DNA from: the human T2T-CHM13v2.0 reference genome, Homo sapiens
Length of the DNA stretch: 64,000 nt
Strand: one strand, 5' to 3'
NCBI RefSeq assembly: GCF_009914755.1
Contig: NC_060926.1
The stretch's first letter is position 1; each line of letters opens with the position of its first letter. Below are positions 10,856-24,925 of the stretch, piece after piece. The position numbers were made by a program, and so were the translations under genes. The notes under the pieces were generated by a model. That model was not told the origin of the DNA. It saw only the letters and a list, made by a program, of their open reading frames with translations, and made no database searches.

Positions 10856-13800
10856 GAAATTATTGGACTTAAATTCAACTGTGCAGTTTGGTTTGGGATG
10901 TTGTTCACTCCTGTGACCTGCCATAAGAATATTGTGTCATGTGTAGTCACTGCTGTTCAGCCTCGTCCTCAGACAATTCATATCTGTAGGCTGAAGATGA
11001 GCTCAGTGCCCTGCAGAGAAACCACTCAGCTGAGCCCTTTCTTGATCAGCCAGATGATTGTGAACGTGAACATCCATGAACACGAAAACAAATGTTTACT
11101 GTTATCAGCCACTGAGTTGTGTATTTAACCAGTTACCAATCATTATGCATAAAGCCTTCCTGATACAGTATTTACACCTCTACCTACACACACGATTTTT
11201 TCTTAAGTTGGTGGTATAAATGTGAACATTTAGTATTAAATTATGAAGTTATTAAGAGAAAATTAATGACAAAATTAAAACTAGTATTCAATAAAAAATT
11301 AAAATTTACCTTATTTGTGGAAAATGTGCATATATGTGTATAAGATACATAAAAGCTACCTATATTTATCTGATGAAATGTTGGCTACAAATATACATGT
11401 ATAGTATTTATATTTAAGTACGTTTATTTATTATATATGCATATTTATACAATTATTTAAATTAAATACATTTAAATAATTTTTGTTATATTCCATTAAA
11501 AAAGGGTATGCTGGCTACATATAGTTCATACTGTTGCTACAGAAAATTTCTTTTAGCCTTTATTTTTAAAACTCTATGAAATGATTGTCCTTATCTAAAA
11601 TATTTTTCGAACCCAGTAGAGCTCCAAGGGTAGGACTAGAGTAAATTTTGACTAAAGTTGAATATTAACCATAGCATCCTATGAAAGTCTCCATTATGTT
11701 CACACCCACAGTGATGATTTGTCAAATAGAGTTCTCACAAATAGATGCTGGATGGCGTCACATCAGTGCCATTGTCAAGAAATCCCTGGAAATGTAAAAT
11801 TCGTAACAGTGGTTAACCTGCAAGGATTACATCTGATGATAACATTGCAAAGAGAACAGCAATGTAATAATATTGGCTGTTGCTTTTGACAGATCATCAG
11901 CCCTTAAAAGAAATGCAACAGGATGATTTCAGACAAAGTGATTCAGAAAGAACTATGACTAGACGTTTCAAAAATGAGCCAAAATAAAAACATGCTTTCC
12001 AAGTGAATATTAATCGAAATGCCGTTAATGAGTAGGAGGCTTTTAATAATGAGGATGATTCAACAGATGGACTTCAGTCAATCACCTTTCCCAGGTTTCC
12101 AAGGTGTCTCCTGAACCAAGGTTATGGAGGTCCCTGTGGGGACTCAATAATATGAGTTTCAACTAACTGAGACATACAGGGCTACTGGCTCTTCTGAACA
12201 CCTATTTTGTCAAGAAGAATAACGTCTCTTGAACCCCTAACATTGCGCCACACATCAGGGCCCAGACTAACAGCTGGTGTCGGGTGATACTAGTAGACCT
12301 CATGTAACGTGAGGAGGGCACTGGTTATTTTCCTATATATGAATTTGCCTTCCTTTTTGGTTATATTTCTGCATAAAATATTATTTGAGGATTTTCCAAG
12401 AGCTTTCATCAGAGTCAGGAAGTTCTTCTGTAATATAGCTTTGGATCAAGCAACTTATTAACCTCAAAAAAAGTGAAGTGAAGTGTAGCTCATGCTCTTG
12501 TCATGTGCTTTCCCTATGGACAGAGAAAAACCCATTATTAGTCAAGCAAAGCTGGCACACAAACCCTTCTGCTATTGAATTGCTGTCCTGTCAGATATGG
12601 TGGAGGCTCTGAAACAGTAACTGTATGAATGGTGCTGTCACTCCCATAAACAGAATATTTATATCTTGAAAATGAGCTGTAGACTCATCATTGTTATGCC
12701 AAATGAACAGCTTGAAATACTCTATTTCTATTTATTCAGGGCTGTGGTTTTCTGGTTGACGGCTCTTAATCCAAAGAGTTGATGTGAAATTATTCCATGA
12801 AATTGGAAGAAATGATATGATAAGCATGTGACCATTTACATTTATTAAAATACTGGATAAATTGTCAAGACAGGACATTAGGATGTGTGCTGGGGCCATA
12901 GATATAGTCCATAAAAGCAAGAGCAAACATAATTGATTTTACATATTTTAGAGAGGAAGTACAGAAAATATGGAACCTAGGGGACCTTCTGGAATGTTTC
13001 TATTTATTGCCATTTCCACTGGTAAAACTCAGAGAAGATTTCAACCGTCATCAGGATGAAGTTCTAGGGATCACAGTCATGTGAAGCATTCCCTGTACTT
13101 GGATCACCAGTGAGGCAAAGAGAAGATGAAACGCATAGTGGGATATGGAGGTGCAAACACCAGGGACAGCATCCTGGTCAGCTCAAACATGGAGAAGTGT
13201 ATTTATTTTTTCTCTATAGGTTTATCACTGAATCAGTTGGATCTGAGAAAAGTCATTATGACTGGTTAGGCAGAAAGGTGTTTATTATCATGAATGAAAT
13301 GGATTGAAAACATTTGGGGAAACCAGAGTGGCAGCTCAGGCAACTCCAAGTACTCCTTTTGCTATTACTTGACCCTCCCCGCCCCCACCCCTATGTTTTC
13401 CACAGTCAAGAAAGATACTTTCATTTTGATAGAAACATGGCAAGTGATGATATTGTGCCCAGAGGACTGTGTTGCCTGGCTGTGACCTAGACCAAGAAAA
13501 TGATCACATTTGAGTGAGTTCAGCCATTTCTCCTCCCTCATCTCAATCCAAAAGCACTCTGTAGTAGCACAGTTGATGGGCATTCTTCACCACATCTGGG
13601 ACTTAGGAAGCCAAGGACATGAGGAGTAGCCTTTCCAGACTCTACCATAGAGAAAGTATTGCCAGAAACTAGAGAATAAAATAAATATGAAAGAAGCTGG
13701 TGACAATAACGAAATGAGTCATGTTAAATAATTTAATCTTTTCTTTACACCCTTTTGCCAAAAGAATTCAAAGTGCTATTTTTACCAATCTTTATAGTTT

Positions 13801-14348
13801 AGCCCACAAATTAAATAATAAGTAGACAGATTAACGGCTCATGAGAGAAGATCCTTTTATCCTACATGGTGTTGGGCTGAACAGATTGGACTTTCCCCAC
13901 ATTTTGGGGAGCACAATTCTACGTGGGGAGCATGATGTTCTTTGTAAAGGAAATCTTTATGTGAGGTTCTAGCATGTTGCTGTTGATACTAGTAATGACT
14001 AGAAATTCAAGTGTAGAAAGATGTGTAGTTATGATAGAAAGCCACAGGGTGGACTTGGGCAGAAATAGCCCCTGAATCCATGAAAACAGATGAATCTACA
14101 TGAGACTGAAATGAAGATGTAATCAACACAGTCAGGTCTGCAGAGAAAGGGGTCAGGTCTCTAGCAGTTGATAGCGGAGCAGCTGTCCTTCGGGGGGCAG
14201 TAGTGAGAAGAGCTGCTCTCTTTCCTGCAGGAGACAGCTTGAATGTGGAGTCTCAGGCAGCAGGAGCTCCTCCCCAGCCTGCGCCAGCAGTGCCATTCTT
14301 GGAATTGTTCCAGAGGCTTTGCCTGGAGCCTGTTGCTTAAGGCTTTTC
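10856..14348 (+). repeat. Copy B of the duplicated IGK intergenic block
   Basis: Same landmarks as 1-3804 (e.g. CCCAGTAGAGCTCCAAGGGTAGGACTAGA, GGAGTCTCAGGCAGCAGGAGCTCCTCCCCAGCC) but lacks the Alu. Confidence 0.93.
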
Positions 14349-14689
14349 AACAATTTCTAAGGAATTTAATATCCTCTAGTAAATCCCTTTATGCTTCACG
14401 GATTTGACATTTGCAACAGGGAATATAAACAGCTTACAGTGACATCATTCACAGCCTCCTTTTTTCTTGCTAAATATAATGCTTTCCAGGTGGACTTGCC
14501 AGAGGAAGCTGATGTGAACAATAATCCATGTCACCAAAAACGCAAGACAAATAAGCTCAGAAAAGCCACTGGGTTCTCACCTAGCTTCACTGTCCCCTAG
14601 GACAAAATGGGAGAGTGTAACACTCTTAGCTCCACCATCAGAGAGAGAAGGTGAAGTGTGACATTCTCAGCGTAGTAAGTGAATATTTA

Positions 14690-15510
14690 CAGACATTTAA
14701 ATACTAACACCTTTAACACCAAAATACAGGCAAAAGTAGAAAAAAAAATAAATTGGACTACATAAAAATTTAAAATGGGCATCAAAAGATAAAACCTACA
14801 CAGTGAAAATGCAACATGTGGAATAGAAGAAAATATTTGAAAATCATATCTGATAAGGGGTTAATAATATCTACTATACAAAAATAAATTCTACTTGTCA
14901 ACAGTAAAAATAAAATAACTGATTAAAAATGAGAAAAGTATATGAATAGACATTTCCCTAAAGAAGATACTTTGGGGATATTTAGATAACTAGCATAGGA
15001 AACGATGCTCAATATTATTAATCCTTAGAAAAATTAAAACAAAACCCACCTGATGCCTGTTAGAATGTTTTTTTCCAACAGAGGGTGACCAGTCTTGGTG
15101 AGAATTTAGGGAACTGGAACTCCTGTGGACACTGTCGTGGTGATGTAAATGGCCCACCTGCTGTGGGAAACAAGATGGCAATTCCTCGAAGGATTAAAAA
15201 TAGAAATACTATATAATTCAGCAATTCCACTTTTGGACATATACCCAAGTAATGGAAGACATTAAATTGAGGAGATATTTGTATATCCACATTCAGAAGC
15301 AAATTATTCACAGTAGCCAAATGTAGAAGCAACTCAAATGTTCACAAAGGAGGGAACTGGTAATCCAAATGTGGTAATATACATACTATTCCATATTATT
15401 TAGTTTTAAAAAGGGAAATTCTGACACATGCTACAACATGGATGGAACTAGAGGACATTACACTAAGTGAAATAACCCAGTCTCAAAAATACTGAGTTTT
15501 GATTTCACTG
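14690..15510 (+). mobile_element. Old L1 (L1M-type) 3' region
   Basis: AAATTGGACTACATAAAAATTT, TATGAATAGACATTTC, CAGCAATTCCACTTTTGG and ACATGGATGGAACTAGAGGACATTACACTAAGTGAAATAA are L1 3'-end motifs. Confidence 0.8.
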
Positions 15511-15569
15511 TGGTATTTGCAGAACAGTTTCCATTTAGTCACGAATTAACCCAGTCTCCTTCCTTTTCT

Positions 15570-17245
15570 TGATTGTAGTTTTCAGGAATAACTGTAGAAT
15601 GTTCTGGAACTGTAACATTCTGAGATAGGGCATGATTGGCCAGAACAGCCTGGGTTCTGTTTCTGTCCCTACTAGAAACAGGAATTCCTTCAACACTGTA
15701 GCCCAGTGTGTCATGTGATTCTAAGACATAAAACCCAGGGTGGGCTGCATTCCAGGGTCCCTCAGCTGCGGTCCTTTTGTGTTATGCAAGGTCTAGAGTC
15801 AATCAGGCCCAGGCAGCTTTGTGCTCTCTCTTGCTGACTCTGTAAGTAGTAATCCACTTCATGTAACTGGTTGTGCATGGGTGTTCTGTCTCACTAGATT
15901 TGGGTGAGTTGGCAACCAGTGCACAGCAAACCTTCTTGGCAAAATTGGCACACTAAGAAGGTTTGATTTGAGAGAACCATGGCTTATTGGTGAAGTTGGA
16001 GGAACAATACTCTCCAGTACCTGGCCCAGGACAGAGACATCAGCCTGGGGATGCCAGGCCTGGACATGCAGATGGATGTTTAATAAGGAGGGAGGATAAA
16101 TGGGACATGGTGAGAGGCAGTGTTTGATGTGGTGGTGAGACAGCAGAAACAGTGGAGAAGCAAGACAGCAAGAGACAGCAAGAGATGGCATTTTGTGAGA
16201 AGATGGACATAGCGATCAGCAATGGGCGAGACAGCTATTGGAGAAGTGGCAAGTCAGCGATCAGTGAGAGAGGGCGAGATCGGCGCTACAGCGATTAAAG
16301 CTACATAGTTGCTAACATTGCAGAGCTGTTAAGACTGGCCAAAGGCTGTTTGAAGAGCCATCGTCTTTCCTGACAGGCAGTGGAGCTGAGCAGATAGGTA
16401 AGTGGCCACAGAGCCACTGCTTCATGCAGGCCAGCCGCTCCATGCACCAGTTCACCCGTGGGAGCTCAACCCACCCAAGCTGGGGAGCCTGGAGAGATCT
16501 TCATGCAGGCCTCATGTTAGAGACTGCTTGGCACCATTTTGGCTCCTGCACACCTGTAAGTGTCCCATCTACCCACCTTCCCTATATCAGATGATCCAGG
16601 AAATAAGGCCTTTGGCTAAATAGTCCATTTGAAGTCCCCCATAGCACACCTGACTACATCCTCATTGATCTTTCTCTTAGTCATTTCTCCTCTAATGACA
16701 TTTTATTTATCCATCAGCCATTTTATCTTATTTTCTGCCCCGATATATGTGTTTGCTTTGCAGTTTTTTCTTTGGGTCCCTACTAATTATGTTTGTGCAA
16801 TTGTTTAAGGCAGGACACTTGGATGTAAGAATTCTCCTGTTCTGTTGACTCTAAGAAGCCAGAGTCACATTGTTCTATGGCCCCAACCGGGCCTTTGGGG
16901 CTCATTGTTGGCCACCCCACTGAGGCTCCAGGATTTTCTGCACTGGTCAGCCCCTGGATACTCCAGGGTTTCCTGGCATTTGGTGTGGGACATTCATAGG
17001 CTGATACTCGTGTACTCTGGGTTTTCAGCATTTAGTACTGTTGGCCACTCCCTGGATGCTCCAAGGTTTTTAGCATTGACATTCGTCCGAGGATTGTGGA
17101 TTGGAGCCTCACCCTATGGAAATCTTGGTTTGCCTTTTCTTGTTTTCTGCCCTAAGGTTATCATTTTCCATAACAGCCTTGTGTTTTCCTTCTGTCACTT
17201 TATTTACACTTTTTCCTCTACGCTTTACTTAATAAAAATACAGCT
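15570..17245 (+). mobile_element. LTR (~15570-15940) plus ERV leader/internal remnant
   Basis: LTR-like U3/R/U5 text ends near GGCAACCAGTGCACAGCAAACC; then TTGG-start internal sequence with GCGATCAGC repeats and T-rich leader. Confidence 0.5.
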
Positions 17246-17248
17246 TTA

Positions 17249-17560
<312 letters not shown>

Positions 17561-17726
17561 TTTTGCCTGTGATACAATAATGAGTTTCTTTTAAAACTTC
17601 TGAGATTAGTGTCTTAGAGATTTAACTGTTGTGTTTTGCTGCTTTCAGCTTGTTCTCCCTTTAAAAAGGCCTGGGATCATTGCTGTCTCCTTTTCCTTTT
17701 TCATCAGCTCCTGTGATGTTTTCATC

Positions 17727-18075
17727 TCAACACTTTGGGAGGCTGAGATGGGCGGATCACTTAGGCCAGGAGTTTGAAATCATCCTTGCCAACATAGCAA
17801 AACCATATCTTTACTAATATTACAAAATTAGCTGGGCATGGTGGTACATGCGTGTAATCCCAGCCACTCAGGAGGCTGAGGCATGAAAATGGTACATGCG
17901 TGTAATCCCAGCCACTCAGGAGGCTGAGGCATGAAAATAGCTTGAAAACTGGAGGCAGAGGTTCCAGTGAGCCCAGCCAAGATTGTGCCACTGCACTCTA
18001 GCCTGGGCAACAGAGCGAGACTCCATCTCAAAGAAAAAACAACAACAACAACAAAACAACAACAACAACAACAAA
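17727..18075 (+). mobile_element. 5'-clipped Alu with internal 48-bp tandem duplication and (CAA)n tail
   Basis: Alu body; TGGTACATGCGTGTAATCCCAGCCACTCAGGAGGCTGAGGCATGAAAA occurs at 17842 and 17890. Confidence 0.92.
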
Positions 18076-18109
18076 ATGATCCCCCAAGAATCAATAATAA
18101 CCAGAATAA

Positions 18110-19025
18110 GGAGCCATTATCAGATATTCTTAATTACTCTTAATTACTGTTAGGCTTCAGGAAGCCACTAGTTGGGTACAGCTGCCCAGGATTAAAACTG
18201 TTTCTTACAAGGTCCTACAGCCACAAAAGGTGGACACCACAACCTCCATTTATAAAACAGAAAACTTAAGGGTGTTGTTTTGCAAACACATAGATTAATA
18301 ACATGGTTCTGTAGGTGGACCTAGGAGCATTAATTTTTCCCTCTCTTCCAATTATAATTTTCTTGTTTAACATCCTAGTAAAGTTTATGTCTTCTAAATT
18401 TCATGTAAAGATGATACGGTCTGTCATAAGTCTTCCAACCCATTCTGTCTTCTGACCCCACAAATGAATGCATCGTGCCATTGGGCCCCTTAGTTCAGGT
18501 ACCAAAGATTTTTACTCCTCAAAGGCTAGGGAAGGCCTGCCCCCATAAAGTCAGCAGGAAGCACTTACAGAAAAGGGACTCTGCTCTTCTGCAGTCCCCT
18601 TAAGATTAAGGAGGAGTATCTAATCTCTGAGGGAGCAATGAGATAGGAGGTAGGTGGGACTCAACCCAGGACCAGATTGAAGACTGGCTGACACAAGGAA
18701 GAGACACTGGAAGCACCTGTCCATAACACATGCCCACCATTGCCATATCAGTTTACCATTGCCATGGCAACACCTGAAAGTTATTGCTCATTTTCTAGCT
18801 ATTTCTGAATAACCCACTCCTTTATTAGCATGTCATTAAAAGTGGGGATAAATATGAGTGCAAAACTGCCCCTACGCTACTGCTCTTGGCACGCCTATGT
18901 GGTAGCTCTGTTTCACAAGAACAGTCACAAAGCTGTAACACTGCCACCTCAGTAAAGCTGTTTTCTTCTACCACCAGCTTACGCTGCATTCCTTCCTGAG
19001 TGAAGCCAAGAACCTGCCCTGCACC
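18110..19025 (+). mobile_element. ERV1 3' internal remnant, polypurine tract and MER41-like LTR (~18639-19025)
   Basis: GAGGGAGCAA precedes TGAGATAGG; core CAGTTTACCATTGCCATGGCAACACC; AGTAAA signal; ends GAAGCCAAGAACCTGCCCTGCACCA. Confidence 0.6.
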
Positions 19026-19149
19026 ACTTTTGTCAAGTCAGTTGACATCAAATTACTCATAATATCCTCTCTTTATTTTTTGACTCCTGTAGGCTGTGTA
19101 ATGACTTCTTCCTTTCCGTTTATGATATTGTGTTTTGTGTCATTTTTCT

Positions 19150-19401
19150 TTCCCTCTTCTTTTTTTTTGAGACAGATTCTTGTTCTGTCACCCAGGCTGG
19201 AGTGCAGTGGTGCAATGTTGGCTCACTGCAACCTCCGACTCCCCAGTTCATGCCATTCTCCTGCCTCAGCCTCCCGAGTAGCTGGGACTCCACCACGCCC
19301 AGCTAACTTTTTTGTATTTTTAATGGAAATGGGGTTTCACCATGTTAGCCAGGATGGTTTTGATCTCCTGACCTCGTGGTCCACCTGCCTTGGCCTCCCA
19401 A
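19150..19401 (-). mobile_element. Alu (partial, Y/Sc-like)
   Basis: Reverse Alu with CATGCCATTCTCCTGCC and GTTAGCCAGGATGG. Confidence 0.9.
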
Positions 19402-19734
19402 ATCTTTCCCTCTTCTTTATACACCCTTCATCAAGTAGTCACAGGTTTCAATTCAGTTCTTTCTTGGTGGTAGTATGCCTCATGAAAAAAGCTGATTCTT
19501 CTGTGTTTGAGGCCATTCACCATGTTTATATGTAATACTGTAAAAAGTCCTGTGACATAAGCCTCTGCTTCACAAACTGACCGCTGTCAAACATCATCTC
19601 CCCACCAATAGAGAATTTTTTTGTTCCTCACTAGTATAATTCACATAGGAGTAGAAATCTCAAGTTTAAAGTGTGGATTTGCACTTTACCACTTGTTGTA
19701 TTCAAGAAGATGAATAATATTAATACATCAGTAG

Positions 19735-20178
<444 letters not shown>

Positions 20179-21654
20179 CTATGAAAAATTCAATTTCCCT
20201 GTTCCTACAACTGTCTGGGATGGAAAACTTCTTCCCTTGCTCTAGTCCTTTCTTCTACACCTAGTTTCACCTAATCTGTGACTCAAAACAATACTTGTCA
20301 GGAAACATTCTGGAAAGAGCAAAAGGCTTCTAAGAGGTGTCAGAGATTCCTGGACCAACATCTGTCCATCTCTAGAGGGGGTTGTGAGTATGAGGAAGAG
20401 CAGAGCTTGTAAATCTTCTCCTTGCTTTCACTCCCACTGTATTTCCTAACAACAACCACAACCACATAATATCATAGAACAAGCATCTACTACTTCCAAG
20501 GCTTTGGTCTCAGTAAATCTTCTCTACCTCTATCACAGCATCTAGAAGGTTTGATACTCATACAAATAGTGCTGTAGCTTTCTTTTCATAACTGGAAAAG
20601 TGGGCAAGACTCAGTGTAATGCAGGCATTCCTTAAGCTACTTAGCATTCAGTTTTTAGATTATCATTGCACACATATACCCAGCATATGTCTAATATACA
20701 TGTAAAAATCCATGAAGCAAGTGTTATATTAGCTTGTGTTTTCTATTGTATTAAATTTTTCTCTTATATCGTCTTCTCCTTTTTGTCATTAAAAATCTGT
20801 TCAAGTCAGTCTAAATTAATTATTGGATCATAAGTAGATAAAATCTTTTATTTCATAACACATTGACCCAATGAATATGTTTCTTTGCAAGACACAGTCC
20901 TCATTTCCAAGACAACAAGCCTGAAAAAATTATACTGGAGCAAGTCTACAAGTAATGATGGTAGTTTTTCCTTATTGTCAGTCCTGGGGCAAGAATAACA
21001 TAAAAGATAACAAGGTAGAATAAAGATTACATAAGAAAGAAGGACAGCAACAGGACATGGGAACTGTTTATAGGGTAACATTTAAATAATGGATGATGAG
21101 AAGTAATGCGTTAGACAGGGATGGATGGGAATGATTGAAGGTCTGAGTACTTTAGCACAGATTAAGATCAAATCATTAGGATTTTAAGAGTTGTGTACAG
21201 TTACTGAAGAAAATGCCTTAGAATTTAATTTGACTGTGGATAAAACATTCTTGGATTAGATTTAAGACTAATTTCCATGGTAAGTATATTTATAATGATG
21301 ATGACTGTAGTGCTGAACATTTAAACAATGAAAACAAAATTAATTGCCACACACATAATGTCCTGAATACTACTGTAAATGTTTTATCTTATTTTCTTTA
21401 AACTGTCTACAGCACTGTAAGGCAGGTACCACTATTGTCACAGTTACACAGATATGGAAACCGAGACACAGGGAAGTTAAGTTACTTGATTAATTTCAAG
21501 CAATCGGGAAGCCATGGAGCATCTATGTCAGGGCTGCCAGGACATGTGACTGTAAACAGAAGTTTTTAACTCAAAGAGGGTATGTATCTGGGTTAATGGA
21601 AAGCTTCAGGACCCTCAGAAAACATTACTAATAAGCAAATGAAAGGTGTATCTG

Positions 21655-21997
<343 letters not shown>

Positions 21998-22290
21998 CTA
22001 ACAGACTCTTCATTTCCATCGATCCAATAATGCACTTAGGGAGATGACTGGGCATATTGAGGACAGGAAGAGAGAAATGAAAACACAGCCTTTTATATTG
22101 TTCTTAACAGACTTGTGCCAAACATTATACGGGTGTATTTAGGTGATTGAAGAGAAGAAAGGCACAGGAGTGAAATTCTGTGAGCACAAGGGAGGAGTTC
22201 TACACTCAGACTGAGCCAACAGACTTTTCTGACCTGACAACCAAGGCGGCGCAGGATGCTCAGTGCAGAGAGGAAGAAGCAGGTGGTATC

Positions 22291-22370
22291 TGCAGCTGGA
22301 AGCCCAGCTCCCACCCCAGCTGCTTTGCATGTCCCTCCCAGCTGCCCTACCTTCCAGGGCCCATATCAAT
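22291..22370 (+). promoter_or_regulatory. V-kappa-3 promoter with variant octamer
   Basis: TGCAGCTGGAAGCCC pentadecamer-like element at 22291, CTTTGCAT (7/8 octamer match) at 22323-22330, and AT-rich CATATCAAT at ~22362. Confidence 0.75.
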
Positions 22371-22415
22371 GCCTGGGTCAGAGCCCTGGGGAGGAACTGC
22401 TCAGTTAGGACCCAG

Positions 22416-22949
22416 ATGGAACCATGGAAGCCCCAGCACAGCTTCTTCTTCCTCCTGCTACTCTGGCTCCCAGGTGAGGGGAATATGAGGTGGTTTTGCA
22501 CATCAGTGAAAACTCCATCAGGAGTTTTCTCTGCTCAGCAAGAAATATAATTAAAATTCAAAGTAGATGAACAATTTTGGCTCTACTCAAAGACAGCTGG
22601 TTTGATCTAGATTACATGAGTGCATTTCTGTTTTATTTCCAATCTCAGATACCACCGGAGAAATTGTAATGACACAGTCTCCAGCCACCCTGTCTTTGTC
22701 TCCAGGGGAAAGAGCCACCCTCTCCTGCAGGGCCAGTCAGAGTGTTAGCAGCAGCTACTTATCCTGGTACCAGCAGAAACCTGGGCAGGCTCCCAGGCTC
22801 CTCATCTATGGTGCATCCACCAGGGCCACTGGCATCCCAGCCAGGTTCAGTGGCAGTGGGTCTGGGACAGACTTCACTCTCACCATCAGCAGCCTGCAGC
22901 CTGAAGATTTTGCAGTTTATTACTGTCAGCAGGATTATAACTTACCTCC
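22416..22949 (+). CDS. IGKV3D-7: Germline Ig kappa variable segment, subgroup 3. Leader exon 22416-22473, intron 22474-22648, V exon 22649-22949.
   Basis: Spliced translation [123 protein letters not shown] splice sites are intact. YLSW and QQDYNLP match IGKV3D-7, and it lies downstream of IGKV1D-8. Confidence 0.94.
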
Positions 22950-22977
22950 CACAGTGATTCAACATGAAACAAAAACC
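22950..22977 (+). other. 12-bp-spacer recombination signal sequence of IGKV3D-7
   Basis: CACAGTG (22950-22956) + ATTCAACATGAA (12 nt) + ACAAAAACC (22969-22977). Confidence 0.97.
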
Positions 22978-24759
22978 TCAACAAGACCATCAGTGTTTAC
23001 TAGATTTTACCAGCTGCTTCCTTTACAGACAGCTAATGTGGTGGCCACTCAGTTTTAGCGTCTCTGCTCTATTTGGACATTTTGCAGTTCTAAAAAAAAA
23101 TCATTGAATAATTTGGACTTTGATTCTTGGACTCTTTTCAACTGAGGCACCAGAATCCCAGGTTTCCAGAAATAGTGACTCACTGTATGAATCCTTATAT
23201 AGCCTCAGTGGTTCTTAACTTTCCCAGTAGAGGTAGCTCAGTGCATGCTACACTGCTCCATTTGAATTTTGCAACATTCTAAGTAGTAGAAAATTCTATT
23301 TATTTATCCAAATAGTTGACTCAGTAAAAGCTGTTCATGTGAAGATACTACCATGGCTGAATAAATCCCATTCTTTTTCTTTCTTCAGGCTATCAACATT
23401 TCAGTGGCAAATGGTTATTATGGAAACATTTGCCATTTAAAAGTGAACTAAATTATTTCTTCAATTTTCGCTGTGATGCAGTAGACTGTAAAAAGATTAA
23501 AGTTTGTTAAAATAAAGTACATATTCGATAAGGAAGAAACAGATTATTCCTAATGACGTCTGCAATGACCTAGTAGAAAGAGTGATAGAAGCAGTTGTTT
23601 TCATTATTTTTGTCCAAAACTTCCTTTCAAATGGGATTTCATTGATCATATTCATTTATTACCACCTATAAGACATGTTGACATTATGTAACATCTGATG
23701 TGAAGCGCTGAGGATACATCTGTCTGTATTATTCTTGCCAAAAATTAATGGTGTGAATTAAATCAGTAGTAAACATCATATACAAACCCAACTAGGAGGA
23801 CATTCTTCAACATACCTGGACAGTAAACTTCAAATGTTTGAAGGCCATGAAAGAGAAACAAAAGTGAAAAACTATCACAGATTTAAAGATATTAAGGACA
23901 GGATAACCAAATAAAATACAGAAACCTGAATTTTATCTTGTAACATAAAAAAAGTCATCAACGGGAAAAATCAGTGAAATCCATATGGTATTTTAAATGA
24001 GTTAACAAATAACATTATATCTATGTTCATTTCATGGTTATGATACTTATGCTGTGGTTATTTATGATGCTGACATTAGAGCAAGCTGAAAGAGGCACAT
24101 ATGGGAATCATTTTTACTATATTTTTCAAATTTTAGGTCTAAAAGTATTTCCCCTCTCTCCTGCATTCTGGGATTGCCTCCAATTAACTACCTGCTTACA
24201 AGCCTTTTCTTTATTTTCTTTTTGCCTTTTTTTCTTTACATGTAAAACATGAGTCTATCTGGAGCTTATTTTAAACCACAGTATGAGGACTGACATTGAC
24301 CTGTTTTTTTAAATGAAATAACTAGCTGTCCCAACCCTGCTTGTTGGATAACACTGCTCTGTTTCAGGAGTACCCCCACTGTCATACACCCGTGGGTCCA
24401 TACCCCTGGGCTCTCCATCTGGGCACTCCCCTGCCTATGGCACCTCCTTCCTGAGGGCCGGCCTCACCCAGGGCCCAGCTGCCCTCTCCATGGCCTGTGT
24501 CTTCCTTTCCTGATGCCTCAGATTTCCCCCATTCTCTGGCACTCTTTCCATCCTCCTGGCCTCACTCTGCACCTCCCCTGAGGTGCAGGACTGCCCTGCC
24601 CCAGCCCCCAGCTTCCTCACTCCCAAAGCCTTGTGCCACTGAAGCACGAGCTCCAGAGTGCACCTGGATGGCAGCTTCTCTCCTGGCCAACAAACGCCTG
24701 GTGCTGGCTGCCCTCCCAGCATCTCCCCTCAACTCCTCAGCTCCACCCCAGGGCCTTAA

Positions 24760-24925
24760 CACACACATGCATAGCACACACACATACAAACATATGCACA
24801 CACAGACATGCACACAAATGTACATACGGACTTACACAGACACATACAAATGTGCACACACTCGTGCATACACAGATGTGTTCATGCAAACACACACGTG
24901 CACGCTCACAGGCACGTACACATGT
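24760..24925. repeat. CA-rich alternating purine/pyrimidine tract
   Basis: Degenerate (CA)n/(TG)n sequence. Confidence 0.85.
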
